Positions 1-13,547 are shown, numbered from the whole stretch's first letter. The stretch: 62,751 bases of DNA, filler included, from Platydemus manokwari (GCA_037951405.1; 6 parts of 6 records of this genome joined end to end with filler, not necessarily neighbours in it), one strand, 5' to 3'. Numbers and translations are program-made. Notes: generated by a model not told the origin, from the letters alone.

Positions 1-29
1 AGTTAGAATGAGGAGATATAAAATATAAT

Positions 30-503
30 TTGACACATGCGCCAATATTAAAATACCTTGACATGTGTAAACCATTCATAGTAATGGCTAATGCAAACGA
101 TTAGGCTAAATATATAATAGTATTCTGTGACTATTTCACCAGAATGTCGTTAGCGTTTCCAACAAAAAATCATAAGAGTGAAACAATAGCTAAATTATTA
201 ATGGAAAAAATAATATTTCACTGTGGAGCACTCAGTAAATTGTTAACAGATAGGGGAAAAAACTTTTTAAGTAATATCATAAAAGAAGTAACCGAATTGT
301 TTAAAATCAAGAAAATTATTACATCACCTTATATATCACTTACATATGGATTAGTAGAGCGATATAATCAAACTATTCAAAATATGTTGTCAGATTTCAT
401 AAATAAAAAGCAAACCGATTTGGATGAGTACATTAAACCAATAAATGCACAAAACAAGATTGAAAAAGAGTTAAAAGATGAAATTAACCACAATTTAAGT
501 TAA
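30..503 (+). mobile_element. Degenerate Ty3/Gypsy pol remnant (start of RNase H region fused by internal deletion to integrase core)
   Basis: 30-107 reads LTHAPILKYLDMCKPFIVMANAND* (RT-RNase H junction, cf. LTxAPILxYPDFxKPFILxTDAS). It runs straight into KYIIVFCDYFTR...LLTDRGKNF...GLVERYNQTI, the rve integrase D,D(35)E pattern. One in-frame stop. Confidence 0.85.
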
Positions 504-1574
504 TAGCAATATAAATTATAACTACACCACCAGTTATAAGAAAGAAAATTACGGAATCCGTATGTGAAGTTGAAAAATCACCTTATAAGGAGTACATACT
601 ATCTTATTTTGTTACAACAGAAAATAACAGAGCGAAAATTTAATGTGAAAATAAATGCAATTGAAGAAAATTAATAGCAATTGATGAAATACAAATCAAG
701 ATTAATAGAAAAATACACAGAAATAATAATGAAATGCCACCAAGATTATGGGAAAATGTGTAAAAAAAGAGCAATTAAGATCAATAACGATAATAGGATA
801 TAGGAAGAAATATCTAGAACAACAATGGAGAGTAAAATTTATAAGCATAATAGAATTCATAAACCAAGAAAAGATAACATTATCAGTGTCATGGCATCTG
901 CAATCAATGGTAAATGAATCAAAGCCGATAAAAAATGAATGGAAAATTAAAGCTCCAAAAATAAAAAGTAAAATAGAAATATCATGGAAACCGTAAGTTT
1001 TTATGGATTTTATTTTATTTAAGTGACCAAAGAGTATAATAAAATAATGAATAAAATCAAGTTGATTTTGGTTATAAATCGTGAGAGTTTTATCTTTTAG
1101 AAACGACTATTATTATTGATTAATCGAGAAATATATCAATATTTTGACCCTGTTTAATTACTGAAGACAAGGGTATAATATATTTTCACGATAACAATAT
1201 GAGCTATAGGATTTTTGATAATTATTTTGAATTCATTATTTATTAAAATCAATCAGCTATTTTTAATCGTTTTACTCGTTACTCGTGTAATCGGTATCAT
1301 TATAAAATATCACAGAAACCATCCCACAGAGAACATTTTGATAAACACAATATAATTAATAAATATTATTCATATTGATTTGATAAAGGATAAAACAATA
1401 AACTGCTACATAAACACTGATCAATTGTTAAAATCACTCAAAAATTCAAATACAGTCAAAACTACAAAATTGTATGAATGATAATCGATAAATTGTGAAG
1501 CAAAATAATGTCCCAGCAACACAGAAGAGTTTGTTCGTTCAACAAAATGTCAAACTGGATCAAGAAGTCAAATT

Positions 1575-1838
1575 GATGGAGAAAGCTCAATCGTCATTAG
1601 ATGAAAAACCATCCATCTCAAGTGGAAAGAGCCAGTTACGAAATAGCCCTCACTGTTCTTATTGAAATGCTGATAAATGGGTCCAATAATCATCAAATAG
1701 TACTGTCATTATATTTACATTAATAATTAAGGAAATGTCGATAACATCCAATCACCATCATCGAATATCATGTTCGGACAACCAGTTACAAATATTGGAA
1801 CAAATTCCGTGAAATTATTATTTAATAAAGATGCATAG
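1575..1838 (+). pseudogene. POLR1A: RNA polymerase I largest subunit (RPA1/POLR1A) C-terminal fragment, copy 1
   Basis: Reads RKLNRH*MKNHPSQVERASYEIALTVLIEMLING, then intron 1681-1731, then GNVDNIQSPSSNIMFGQPVTNIGTNSVKLLFNKDA*. This matches the A-subunit C-terminal NRxG..S....SFE...L.....G..D.L.SPS.....G.....GT pattern. It has an in-frame TAG and an intron phase mismatch. Confidence 0.65.
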
Positions 1839-2964
1839 GCTTTATTTTTTCATTTAAATAAATGTTTGAAATGATTTGGTGAATATTTTTATTATACTTG
1901 GAATAAAGCGAGATAGAAGATTATATTTATCAGAAAGAGTATAATGTTTATGTTAGTTGTGATATGTTTATGAAATATGTACCAATGTGGCCTTAAGAAA
2001 TATTAAGCATTATTAAATCAAAAGAGAGATATTGAAAAGGACATACATAATTTATTATAACGATTTATTTCTCAACTGTTAGTGAGACATATGTTCCATA
2101 GTGTTACTGGTCCCGCGCTAGATTAAATGATTTGTTGAAGTATGAATAATAATGGCAATGTTTCCAACAATAAAATCATTCCATTAAAACTACGTTTTGT
2201 TGTAAATGCAAAAATAATTAATAACTAGATATAATAGAATAACAAAATTTAAATGCAATTTTAAAGTTTTAGATTTAAAGATACGAACATATATTCTATT
2301 ATGAATTGCCGATTTCGTCCAGTTAACAATTTTATATTCCATTTGAGTACAGTTTATACATCTACTTGTGGTAGTATACTTCAGAGGGGACGGCCGTTTG
2401 ATCGTTGTTTTATTTTTTATCCATTTTACATTTATTTAAATCTACTAAAAACTTGCCTTTTTTAAAGCTCATTGGGAATTTCCCTTTTTATTATATTTTC
2501 CTTGTCATGTTCTTTATCGGATTCTATTTTTTAGTATTACTGTTTCTCAGGCCCAGCATTCTTGGATTAATTAATTAATTCTAGCAAAGCACATACTTGG
2601 TCAATAAGTATTCCATTCTCGATCAATTGACTTAAATTTTTGTTGATACTAAGATATGATACTAAGAATAGAATTTTACCAAAATTGCAACAAGGAGCAT
2701 GACTCCTACCCGCCTACAAAATAGTATAAATATTGACAGTAACAATCATTTTTCGCACTTGGACTACGCACATTTTTACAAGAAATTTCACTGTGTGACA
2801 ATTTCAGCGCTCTAAAGAAGCCCATTATTGCAAACCGTTTATTGAATGCCAATTTTGAAGAAGCTTTTGCTCATTCTGTTCTGAAGAATTTTATTTATGA
2901 AGATATTATACATCCTACGAGTAAATTTATTGTTTAACCCTAACCGGATTTCCGGGATATTATT

Positions 2965-3893
2965 ATGAGAAATATCAATTTATATCAGAAGAAATATTTG
3001 TGCAATTGCTCCCAGGAATTATCAGATGATAATGAAGCTGTAGATAAGATTATAGCTATTAAATCGATAATTGCTCGTGTTGACCCCGGAGAACCGGTGG
3101 GTTTATTGGCAGCTCAATCGATTGGTGAACCTTCAATCCTGATGACATTGAATACATTTCACAAAGCTGGGCAAAGTGAAATGAATGTCACATGGGATAT
3201 ACCGAGAATGAGAGAAATATTGATGTGCCGACCAGAAAATATCAATACATTATCAATGAAAGTGCCAATTCTAAACACTGATTATGCTATTAAAAATTTC
3301 CCTATAATATTGAAAAAATCCAATAAATTGCGATTTAAAGACGTAATAGATCTATTTTTATCAATTGATAAATGTATTTTTTTTACCATTTTAATAGGTC
3401 ATCGAAATGTCAATAAACATCAAGTGAACTGATGATTATGAAATCAAAATGAAATTCAAACCAGCTAGTTTTGTAGATATTACAAGTTTGGAAAAGCTAG
3501 AAATCATTAAATTGATTGAGGGGACATTTTTCAAAACTTTAGCAAAAACATTGAATAAATTTACACAAACATCAAGCACACAGTAATGATTATATTGTGG
3601 TGGATTTATGGGTTGAGTAATATGTTGCTGTTCAGTTTTCAAGGATTACCGATGCTAAAGATGATGGTTATGAGAATGTGATTGAGAATGCTATGAATAA
3701 TGATGGCAATGATGATAATAATGATGATAACGGTGAACGAGATGGCGGAGAAGCTAAGGAATCTCAAGGAGCTGAAAAGAATAACGAAGACAATGGTAGT
3801 GATTTATCCGATATCGATGATATCGATAGCAATCTGGATGCTGAGGAAGAAGAAACGATGACGAAATCGATGATTAGGAAAAGAAAATTTTGA
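2965..3893 (+). pseudogene. POLR1A: RPA1/POLR1A internal fragment (region G/trigger loop through acidic insertion) with two introns
   Basis: [42 protein letters not shown] is the Pol I A190 signature. GT-AG introns 3343-3397 and 3583-3643 restore the frame into the acidic ORF at 3678. In-frame TGA at 3425-3427, VTLG changed to VTWD, and no upstream exons. Confidence 0.85.
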
Positions 3894-4119
3894 AAGTTAC
3901 AGAAATTATAAGAATTGATATAAAAAGATTGTGAAAAAATAATTTGGATAAAAATAGAATCATAAAAACAATTTTAAACCAATATTTTGGCATGGATAAG
4001 AGAAAAAGAATATGAAGAAAAATTTTCCATACATACATGTACTAATATAAGGAAACTCAAGAAAACTATAATACAACAGTTAGAGGAAAAACATGGCATA
4101 TTAGACGAAGAATCTCATA

Positions 4120-4425
4120 GTAGTTAAAGAATTTCAAGGCCATGAAAAGAATATCGAAGACAATGATGGTGATTTATCAGATATCGATAGCAACCTGAAT
4201 GCTGATAATATTCTTAAAATGAACAAATTTGAAGGTTTAAAGGTGCAGTGATTTGTATCGATATTGTAATCGAGATCGGACTAGTAAAGATTTATTATTG
4301 ATTGTTTACAAGAAGGTAAAATGTATTTAAATCGCACAGTATCGACGTCAGTAATAATTCAGGAAATGTCGATAACATCCAATCACTATCATCGAATATC
4401 ATGTTAGGACAACTAGTTTCAAAAT
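4120..4425 (+). pseudogene. POLR1A: Further RPA1 fragments: duplicate of the acidic segment and C-terminal exon copy 2
   Basis: 4120-4205 resembles 3755-3845 at DNA level. 4288-4315 + intron 4316-4362 + 4363-4425 gives RFIIDCLQEGNVDNIQSLSSNIMLGQLV, whose second exon is nearly identical in DNA to 1732-1795. Confidence 0.65.
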
Positions 4426-4907
4426 ATTTGGTGGAAAATACTTATTCAGTTAATTTAAAATTCTTCAAATGGTGTCAGATTAACGCCCTACTTGAAATTG
4501 ATTTATTTAAACAAATCTATACTTCCGAGATTTATTTGGTACAAAGATACTTATTTGATACCGTTTAATATTGATTTATTTTTTATATTTTTTATTTTTA
4601 ATTTTAAAACTAGTTATCCTGATGATATTTTTTAAAAAATATGCTGAAATGATAATTTTCGGAAAATAATCATTTTTAAGATAATTTTTTTCTCGAGCGC
4701 TCACATAATTTGAAGTGATATTTGGATATTAATTTGATATTTTAGGATTGAAAATTATTGGCTGCCAGCATTAAAGTTGAAATTATAATGCACATAAAAC
4801 ACATTTTGTTAGCACTAAATTAATGAAAAATAGCGTTCTTTATAAATCGTTAAAACTGACATCTGATCGAAAGATACTTAAAATGAGGTAAACATAATCC
4901 AATTGAT

Positions 4908-5029
4908 CAGGGGTGGCCAACCGGTCAATCGCGATCGACTGGTCGATCTTGAAGCCAATTTAGTCTATCGCGTGAGATGTTATTCAAATGAATAGTCGAT
5001 CTTACGTACACAAAAGTTGGCCACCTCTG
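4908..5029 (+). mobile_element. hAT (Buster-type) MITE, 122 bp
   Basis: TIRs CAGGGGTGGCCAAC / GTTGGCCACCTCTG. 8-bp TSD CAATTGAT (4900-4907) / CAATAGAT (5030-5037). A second copy lies at 42428. Confidence 0.9.
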
Positions 5030-5199
5030 CAATAGATCACTTAATTTTATATGAGCACAACGATCCGATTTGAAAGAGTATAAGATTTTAATTATTCTTG
5101 GCAACGAAAATAGGTGCAAAATGACCTTACACTATCAGCGTACCAATATAAAATGGAAATCAAATATTATAAAGAAAAATACAAATTGTGAAATCAAAC

Positions 5200-7965
5200 A
5201 AAAAATGGAGCAGTGAATATTATACGAGTAACGAAATAACTTTTATACAAACTTAAACATGTACAGTAATTTTTCAGTCAGGTTTAATAGGTTTAATCAA
5301 AATAGGAATAATGATTACTATAGTAGGCCAAATAATATGAGCAGAAGTCCTTATGATAGGAATGAAAATACCAGGGAATACAATAACAATAATTATAATT
5401 ATAGGCCAAATAGCAGTAGTAGGATTCCATATGATAAAATCAACAAAGAAATAATGAGAAATTTAAATCGAATAACAATAACGGATATGTTGAAATGATG
5501 TGCAATAAAAATTGAGAAATGCATTCAGTACAGTTAGTAATTATATGGAACAGACAAAGAAAAAATACGATAAAAGGAAAGACAAAGAAAAATTAATAAG
5601 GAGAAAAGATTAGACACCGAAATTAAGACATTGTAAAATATCTAGAGAAAATCCGAAATAGAATACCAAAAGGAGATGATAAAATTAGTAAAATAAAAAG
5701 AAGAATTAGCAAGGAAATTAGAAGAATAAGACATGGAAAAAAGACCATGATATGAGAAGAAAAACTGAGAATAGAAATGATAATCAATACTCAAGAGAAA
5801 ATAAGAATGATAATCAATATATAGGAAAATGAAAGAAGATGAAGTTAAAAATGTTAGGCAGGCATTAAGAAAAAACTCATACATAAATTTAAGTGATGAA
5901 AAAGAAAACACATTAGTAAAATAATTTAGTTGTGAAGCATACTCGTATAGTAAAAATTTCAATGGCCCATGTATAATGAAAACAATAAGATGAAAAGTGG
6001 AAAAAGTACAACAACTAGTTGAAAGAGAAAGTTTTGAAATGATAAGGAAATACAGTTACAAGCAAGAGAGACAAGAAAATTAAGTGAAGCATATGGAATA
6101 TTTGAACATCCATAAAAGAAAAAAATATGAAATAAAATTCCTCATACATACATGTACTAATATAAGAAAATTCAAGAAAACGATAATCCAACAGCTAGAG
6201 GAAAAACATGGCATAGTAGTAGAAGACATGGTGATATTATATAAAACAAAAGAATTGGGAGATAAGAAATATCTAATCGATACAGGATTTTCAAATTATT
6301 ATCCGGATTGTCTCTATGTTCAAATAATAAAATATGAGGACATAAAACTAGTAAAAATTGAAGTTGAGGAGGAAAATAACAGCGATAAAAAGGAAATAAT
6401 AATAAAATAATAATAAGGAAATTTATATGATGATGAACGAAAAAACAGTTGAGCAAGATAGTAAGTTGAGTAAGGAGATATTAAAAAATTTAGTGACGGA
6501 AAGTCATTCCATTAATGTTGCACCCGAATTACAGTTCAAAGTTGATAATGAGGAAATTGAAGTTGATAATGATTTTAAGGGTGGTAAGTCCGATGCAAAT
6601 TTCGGTTATAAAATCCCGCAATTAATTGATGATAATGAATGTGAAAATTAATAATGCTAATGAGAATAATTCCGACCATAATAGTTCTAGTGAAATATGT
6701 GATTACTGGGAATTTGATGAAAGGGTTGCAAAAGTGGTGCAAATGAGATTTCATGTAAAAAACAAACATTGCGCGCATGTACACGAATATGAAAATGAAT
6801 ATATGGTAAAGCTTCGTGAGGAATTAGCAAAATTTCATAAAGAATTTGGCGAATTAAAAAAAATTATAGGGATGATGACATGCTATGGAGTGAATATGAT
6901 ATAAGACAGAAAAATAGACACAACATAAACACATTAAGGCACTTGTATAGTATTGCATTAGATTAAACCGGTAAAAATAAAGACGATATAATTATAGGAA
7001 TGATAAGGTCGAATTGATTTATAAATCAAGATGATACAATTGAGGGGGAAAGAATTAAAATCACAATGCAAATATTACAGTCCGAATATATGGATTTAAG
7101 AGTAAAAGGAAAATAGAAAAAACGAAGACCTAAAGAAAATCATGCAATTGAAAAAAACATTCATCTGGTTATGTGCAAGGTTAAAAATGGAAGATAAATT
7201 AGTAAATGAGAGACCGGTGAAAATGAATGCCTATAGATGGGCAGCTGAAATTCTAACATGGAAATTTATAAATTTATACCAAGGATATCCAGCAAAGTGG
7301 GATAGCAGATACTGTTTAATAGATCAAACATTAAGGATAAGGAATAAATTAAAGGAAATATATGTCTGAAATAATAATCCATAAATTCGATGAATTAATA
7401 AGAAAAAAATGAACAAGTAAAAAATATAGAACTATGGAAACAAGAAGAACGTGAAAGACTTAAAAGGGATATAATTAAACCCGAAATAATAACAGATAAA
7501 TGTGAAGGAAAAATGGGGAAATTTTAATTAATAATATATGACAACATAAGAAAATGATAGTAATTGAAGAAACATTACCGTTAACAATAGCATCAAATAA
7601 AGTAGAATGGGACCCATCAAATATAATAATTTACCATAATAAGAAAAGAAAAGTAGATTGGGAAAAATTAGTGGACATCTTAAAAGAAGATGAAATAAAT
7701 ACAATAGAAGTAATAGTCATGACAAAAATAGTCGAAAAAAATAAGGAATTAAAAAATAATAATGGTAAAATGTAGAGGAAAAAGCAAAGAAAGAAGAGTT
7801 AATAGACAATGGTCAGTGAATTTGGATGAAATAATAGATGAAGTAGCAAGTGGAAATGATAAAAAAAAAATAATAATGAAAAGAAAGAAACATCAAAGAC
7901 GAAAAAGAAGAAAAAAGAAGTTAAAAATGCAGAGGATACATAATCATCGGGAAAGGATTTCATGA
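5200..7965 (+). mobile_element. Decayed A-rich retroelement-like coding tract containing ubiquitin-like domains
   Basis: Strong plus-strand purine bias with many broken same-strand ORFs. Includes an Asn/Arg-repeat gag-tail-like ORF (5259-5498) and UBL-like patterns in ORFs 6084-6410 and 7554-7775. 6118-6225 is duplicated at about 4009-4110. No RT motif seen here, so the class is tentative. Confidence 0.4.
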
Positions 7966-9878
7966 TATTAATAGAATTACCACAAACATAAGGTGAATAA
8001 GCAATTCCAAGCTAAATCCAAGAGTCAAGAAATCACTATGTTTATTATAAATTCATTCTTGTATATGCCTTTGAATTAATAATCTAGGTATTCTTCAGAA
8101 TTGGTTTTAGAAGCGTAGTAACGTTCTTGTTTAAAATCTATAAAAATCAAATAAATACACTTATGTTGAAGCCGTTTCAATTTTGTGTCTCTGGTACTGA
8201 CTACTTTTACTAAAAATGTTCGGCTCCTCTCATATATGAAAATTATTGATATAATTTTAAAAACAAATTGGATAAGTTCTGTCAAAAACTTAGTGCAGAA
8301 ATTCTGCTCATTTACCCTTACATTTGTTCCGAAATTCCATTTATCATAATTTGAAAAAGTTTTGAAAATCGATAATTAGAATATTAAATTAAAGAATATC
8401 ATTTATTAAATTTTCTAAAACAATAATAATATCAATATTGATTAAAAAAAATGAATACTGATAAATAAACAAAATGCTAAAAAAGGAGAATAATTAATTT
8501 AAACATTTAAATAAATCGTTCTAATTAAAAGAAATACATTGAATGGAAAAAAAATTGCATAAAAATTCAGTAAGTCAATATGAATTAATTATATTTATAG
8601 ATTATTTGGAGAAATCAACAATTTCTGGAGAAAATTTTTCCATGAAAATATGGCCATAGTATTTTCTATCTGAACTCGAAGATCAAATAACTGAGGATGT
8701 TGATGAATTTGGTTTCGCACATTCATAGAAAATGATCAATAAATTGTTTTTTGATATACATTGACAATTTCATAATGAATATCGAAATCAAATAGTTTAA
8801 AAGGAATTTCAAAGCAAGACATCATCGATGTCAGAACAACAATTAAAGTTCTTCAAATAAATCAAATAAAATGAAAACAGAAACCAACAATAAATGGTTT
8901 GAAATAATTCGTAAGCTAAAACCAGTAATTTATTTATTAACTTATGCTAATAGTTTTGGGAATTAAACAGCAAGCATGTTTAGAAGCCTGTGCAGATTCA
9001 TCAATGACATGTTTATAGGCTATACTGATCTTTGTGGAAATTTGATTTTATTACAACATATGAAGAAAAATGTAAATTAACTAGATTAAAATTATTTGCG
9101 TTTCTTTTATCATCAAAAAGAATAAAATAAAAAATATTTTTAACATTGAAATAAAACGATTAGCACATATGGTTTGACGTTGTTTGGTTTCATAATGTTT
9201 TCAAATATGCTTTTGGAATGACAGTGATAAAAATTAAAAGTATTAAGCAACACGTTGACATATATTTGTGTTATGGTTTCAAACAAACGTAAAATATATT
9301 GAAAAAATAATTAAGATTGCTAGGATTAGGAAAGTACAGATTTTAAGATATTATTAAAGGATAATCATATAAATATAATATTAAATGAAAATATAATTAT
9401 ATTTATAAAATATCCAGTAGATATCTTAGATATTGTTATTATGACTGATATGATTATTCGAAACCAATATCCAATAACAATTGGTACCAAATAAGTGATA
9501 GCGAATCTGATCACCATGGCAATGATTTTGAATTTAATAATGACCAATTACTAAATGATATATTCGAGAACACGTTCGTTACTAAAAATAACTATGACAG
9601 CAGACTTTGCTAAGGTTCAATCAGTAACTCTTAATTAGCCTTAAAATTATCACATAGAGCACTCTAAAATCGGAAAAGATTCGATTGACAACAAGGGATT
9701 AGTCAAATCTGTAGCCATGATCCCAACAATTGCTTCCATTAACTGCATAACGCAATTCATCATATAATTCTTTGATTGTAGAGTAGTTCTTCACAATCAA
9801 TATCAAGATCCACAAGCATATCTCAATTATCAACTTTTGCTTTTAAATCATCAAACATTAAAAAAAAATAATATTTAT

Positions 9879-9978
9879 NNNNNNNNNNNNNNNNNNNNNN
9901 NNNNNNNNNNNNNNNNNNNNNNTTAATTAATTAANNNNNNNNNNNNNNNNNNNNNNNNNNNNNNNNNNNNNNNNNNNN
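9879..9978. other. Artificial contig spacer (44N-TTAATTAATTAA-44N)
   Basis: Exactly 100 bp with a central 12-mer that puts TAA in all six frames; identical at five positions. Confidence 0.97.
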
Positions 9979-10249
9979 TATAATGTAACAATTTATTATA
10001 ATATTATTTAAAATGAAATATAGTTTATATATACGATTAATTTGATGGCAATGGATATAATAGCGGAAAGATTAAAGGGATTTTATAAATTAAATATGAG
10101 GGAATTTTTTCCAGAAAATGTATCCAAATATTTTATTCGGGAGGATTAAATAGCGCCGACTTTCAAATCATATAAATAGGAGTTAAAATCACCACAACTC
10201 GCCCGTTTAATTGTGAAACCACTAGGACTCCAGCGAGTTAATCCATACA

Positions 10250-11905
10250 ACAAGAAGCCAAGATACGTATTGCCATAAGAAGCCTTGTGTTATATGCCCT
10301 TCGATTTTTGCTATTATATTAATCGAGTGAGTTAAATTGATTCTGTAAAATCGTGATCAGTATTATATACCGTATTCCGCGTTATTGTCATATTATCGAG
10401 TTGTGCCTCAAAAACATCTTAAGGATAAAGGCTCGACTTCTAGAGTTGAAGTTTGCAACCGTTTTCTTTACAGAAGTTGTAGGTGTCATCGTCAAGGTCA
10501 TTTTTATATTTGCTGTATAGTGTAGTTTTAACTAAAACATTTGTTGTATAATTGTATTTTGTCGCACATTTTATAGTTAATAAACTTTATTGTAATCGAA
10601 GTTGTAGTGTTGTTGATTAGATAGGATATAGGATAGGACTATTAAACAATTTGAGACTGATTTTGATTCCATTGTATAAAATAATTTGTGTTTGAGACTG
10701 ATAATTATAAAATACAAGAATTAGATCATTGCTGCCTATCATACTATCTCCACATAATATTGATAGTGAGGTGAAGAAAGAAGATTATAAGATAAGGTTT
10801 AAGAAAATCGAATCAAACAAATTATATCAAACTATGTCATCTCATTTTATATAACTAGCAATTCAATATTGATTTCATCAGATAGTGTATTTAACAAAAA
10901 GTATTTAACAACAGCCAGCACAGACAGTAATTTAATTCAAATAAAGTACGAAGCTCTAGGACCATGTATAATTAAAGAGACTGACATCGCAGCACCACCT
11001 AGAATGTTATTTAAATTCATACGATTGTTGAATCATATTTTTATGCATGGCAATGCGTGTGACATGTGCATTAAATTTTATTCATCACTATTCATTTTTT
11101 ATCTTAAGAACTCTTAAAAACAACTAAGTGAAATCATCTTAAAACATTATAATATATTAATATTTATAATAATTATTATCATAAATATGTAAAAAATTAA
11201 TATTAGAAAACCCAACTGGAACAAATCCATTGAAATTCAATAAATAATAAATTAATTTATAAAATAATAACACGCAATATATTATCGCGCAATAACATCA
11301 CCAAACTAATTGCCATCATTTATCGAGCACAAAAATTTATTCACTGAATAAAATATTCACTCGATTAAATTTAATCAGAAAGAATATTTCTCTACAAAAA
11401 ATTTAATCAGAGAGAATTGCTCTGTCCAATAAATAAATTCTGTCGAGAAAATCACAAATTCACGGCCATTGGATTTAATCGCAGAAAATATCTGCGAGTG
11501 ATTCACCAACACCTACTTAAGGCAGTATTCACAGTTTATCAGGTCCACAATTCCATTATTTATACATCAGTGAAGACGCATTTATGCGCCACATCGATTG
11601 CCATATAAGGAAGAAAACATATTATTTTGTAATCAAGAACCGCATATTACAAGACCATTTAGTGTAGAAGATCAGGATTCCCTGTGTGCCCGGTATTTTA
11701 CTGGAAGATCCAACAGCAAAATATTTTCGTATGAAATACTAATTTATATTAAAAATGGTTTAGCTCATATTTTATTATCGAGTTTTCTTTCAAACATCTT
11801 GAAAGGAAACTGGTCCTGCTTCATGACTAGAAGTTTGTTAACCGTGTATTTGTCAAGGTCCGTTATAAGTTGATATGTATAGTGTAGTATTCAAATTCAT
11901 TTTGT
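10250..11905 (+). repeat. Pair of diverged direct repeats (about 10250-10545 and 11580-11905), probably old LTRs
   Basis: Shared collinear blocks TGCCAT..AAGGAAG, TATTATCGAGTT, AAACATCTT, GAAGTTTG..AACCGT, GTCAAGGTC and TGTATAGTGTAGT. TATAAATAGG lies upstream of copy 1. Confidence 0.45.
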
Positions 11906-12571
11906 TCCATAGCCGGTTCAACTCAATATTCAATAATATCTTCTCAAAATCCATCAATTAGATCATCTCAATCCTTGTTTTCAGCCTATCTAAAGATAAG
12001 AAACAAATTCCCACAACCCCAGTCTCAATCCTATCAAACCCTGCAGAGATGGAAGATGGACATCGATGAAGACAATTAATTTGTGATTTAACTTTTAAAG
12101 AATTTATTTTAAGTGTTGATTTACTTGTAAATAACTCTTGATTTTACGTTTTCTATGAATATGATCTACTGTAAAAATTCATGTAAAAACTTTGCATATC
12201 GTTCAAAAAATAAAAAGTTATGAATTCGCAAAAATGATGTTATTTATACAATTATTATATTTTTTTGGACAAAATCGACTAAATAAAAATAAGTTTTAAA
12301 TAGATGAAAAATAATGATAATAATATTAAAAATAATTTATTTGACGGTGGAATAATAATTATTATTATTATTATAAATTATAAATGTGGGAGAATGAAAA
12401 AATGATTATTCAGAATCCGTCATAGAAAATAATTTATAAGGAATGGTGAAATCATAAAATTAGCCAACGCAAAAAGATTTTTGACTAGACGCCTTAGCTC
12501 GAAAATGAAGGCAACTTCAGCAAGCTCTTTTTGGAAAAAATGACAGAAAAAATAAAAATAAAAGTACGAAT

Positions 12572-12813
12572 TGTCATAAAGAGAAAAGATTTAAAGGATC
12601 CGTTCGTATTAAACTATATATATATATAAACACAGGACGTAGTATCGAACTCACAATATAATTAGGAATAGTAACCCCAACAATTTGTAATTTTTATTTT
12701 ATTTATTAATCAATTTTACCGGTGTTGATTATTAATAAACATTTGTAGTAGCAAGTCTTAGTTATTTATTAAATAAGGATCAAAATCATCGTTCAATGTC
12801 ATTGGTATCAGAG
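12572..12813 (+). mobile_element. Probable LTR followed by an initiator tRNA-Met primer-binding site
   Basis: TGTCA...TGTCA segment containing a TATA run and AATAAA, followed after 1 nt by TGGTATCAGAG (12803-12813), the common Met-i PBS. Confidence 0.45.
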
Positions 12814-13547
12814 TCTTAACAAATGAGAGATAACCAAATCGGATATCAAATTCAGAAAACTTAAATTACATCAATATTTGCAGATAATCGTGGTGAAATT
12901 GAATCAATCACCTGGAAAAAATCATTACGGTTCAACATAGTGAAGTGATCACACAACAACATACTAGATATTTGATTTATTCTATATATTTTTTTTCTCT
13001 CCCTCCATTCTTAAAATACCCAGGTCGATATTCTGTTCTGATGCTACCATTTAATTGTAATTTTTCCATTTAATATTTTACAATACATTTTATAATCCCC
13101 TAACCATTAGTATTTCTCCATGCTCATGAGAAAAATTAGAAACTAATAGAAAAAACAGTCGAATCTTCTTCATAGTTTAATAAATTTTCATGTTATGAAT
13201 GAATAAAAAGTCCCTATTCAAAGATAAATTAATTTTCAAAAGAATCATTTATTGATCCAATAACTTAAACTTCCAAAACTTTAAATTGGTTGAAAATCTT
13301 TTATATTATAATTACATCTGACATTTCAGATAATTTTAGAATTGATAGTTTATATTTGAACTTATCGCGGGAATTTTAAAAACTTTATAACTTATTATTT
13401 TCGTAGGATATCTAGAATGAATATAGTCGAAAATACTTTAAATTTAGATCATAACATCTTTGTAAATTGATAATAGCATATATGATTTAAAGGTAATAAT
13501 TAAAAATATAAATAAAGACATCACCGCTATGTAGCGGCAATAAGATG

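Noticed and set aside
3425-3427. In-frame TGA in RPA1 as a sign of stop-codon reassignment
   Set aside because: Intact genes here use TGG for Trp, have no internal stops and terminate with TGA, TAA and TAG. The RPA1 pieces carry other lesions, so they are pseudogenes.
9923-9934. TTAATTAATTAA recurring every ~10 kb as a biological periodic motif
   Set aside because: Always centred in exactly 44+44 Ns; it is an assembly linker.
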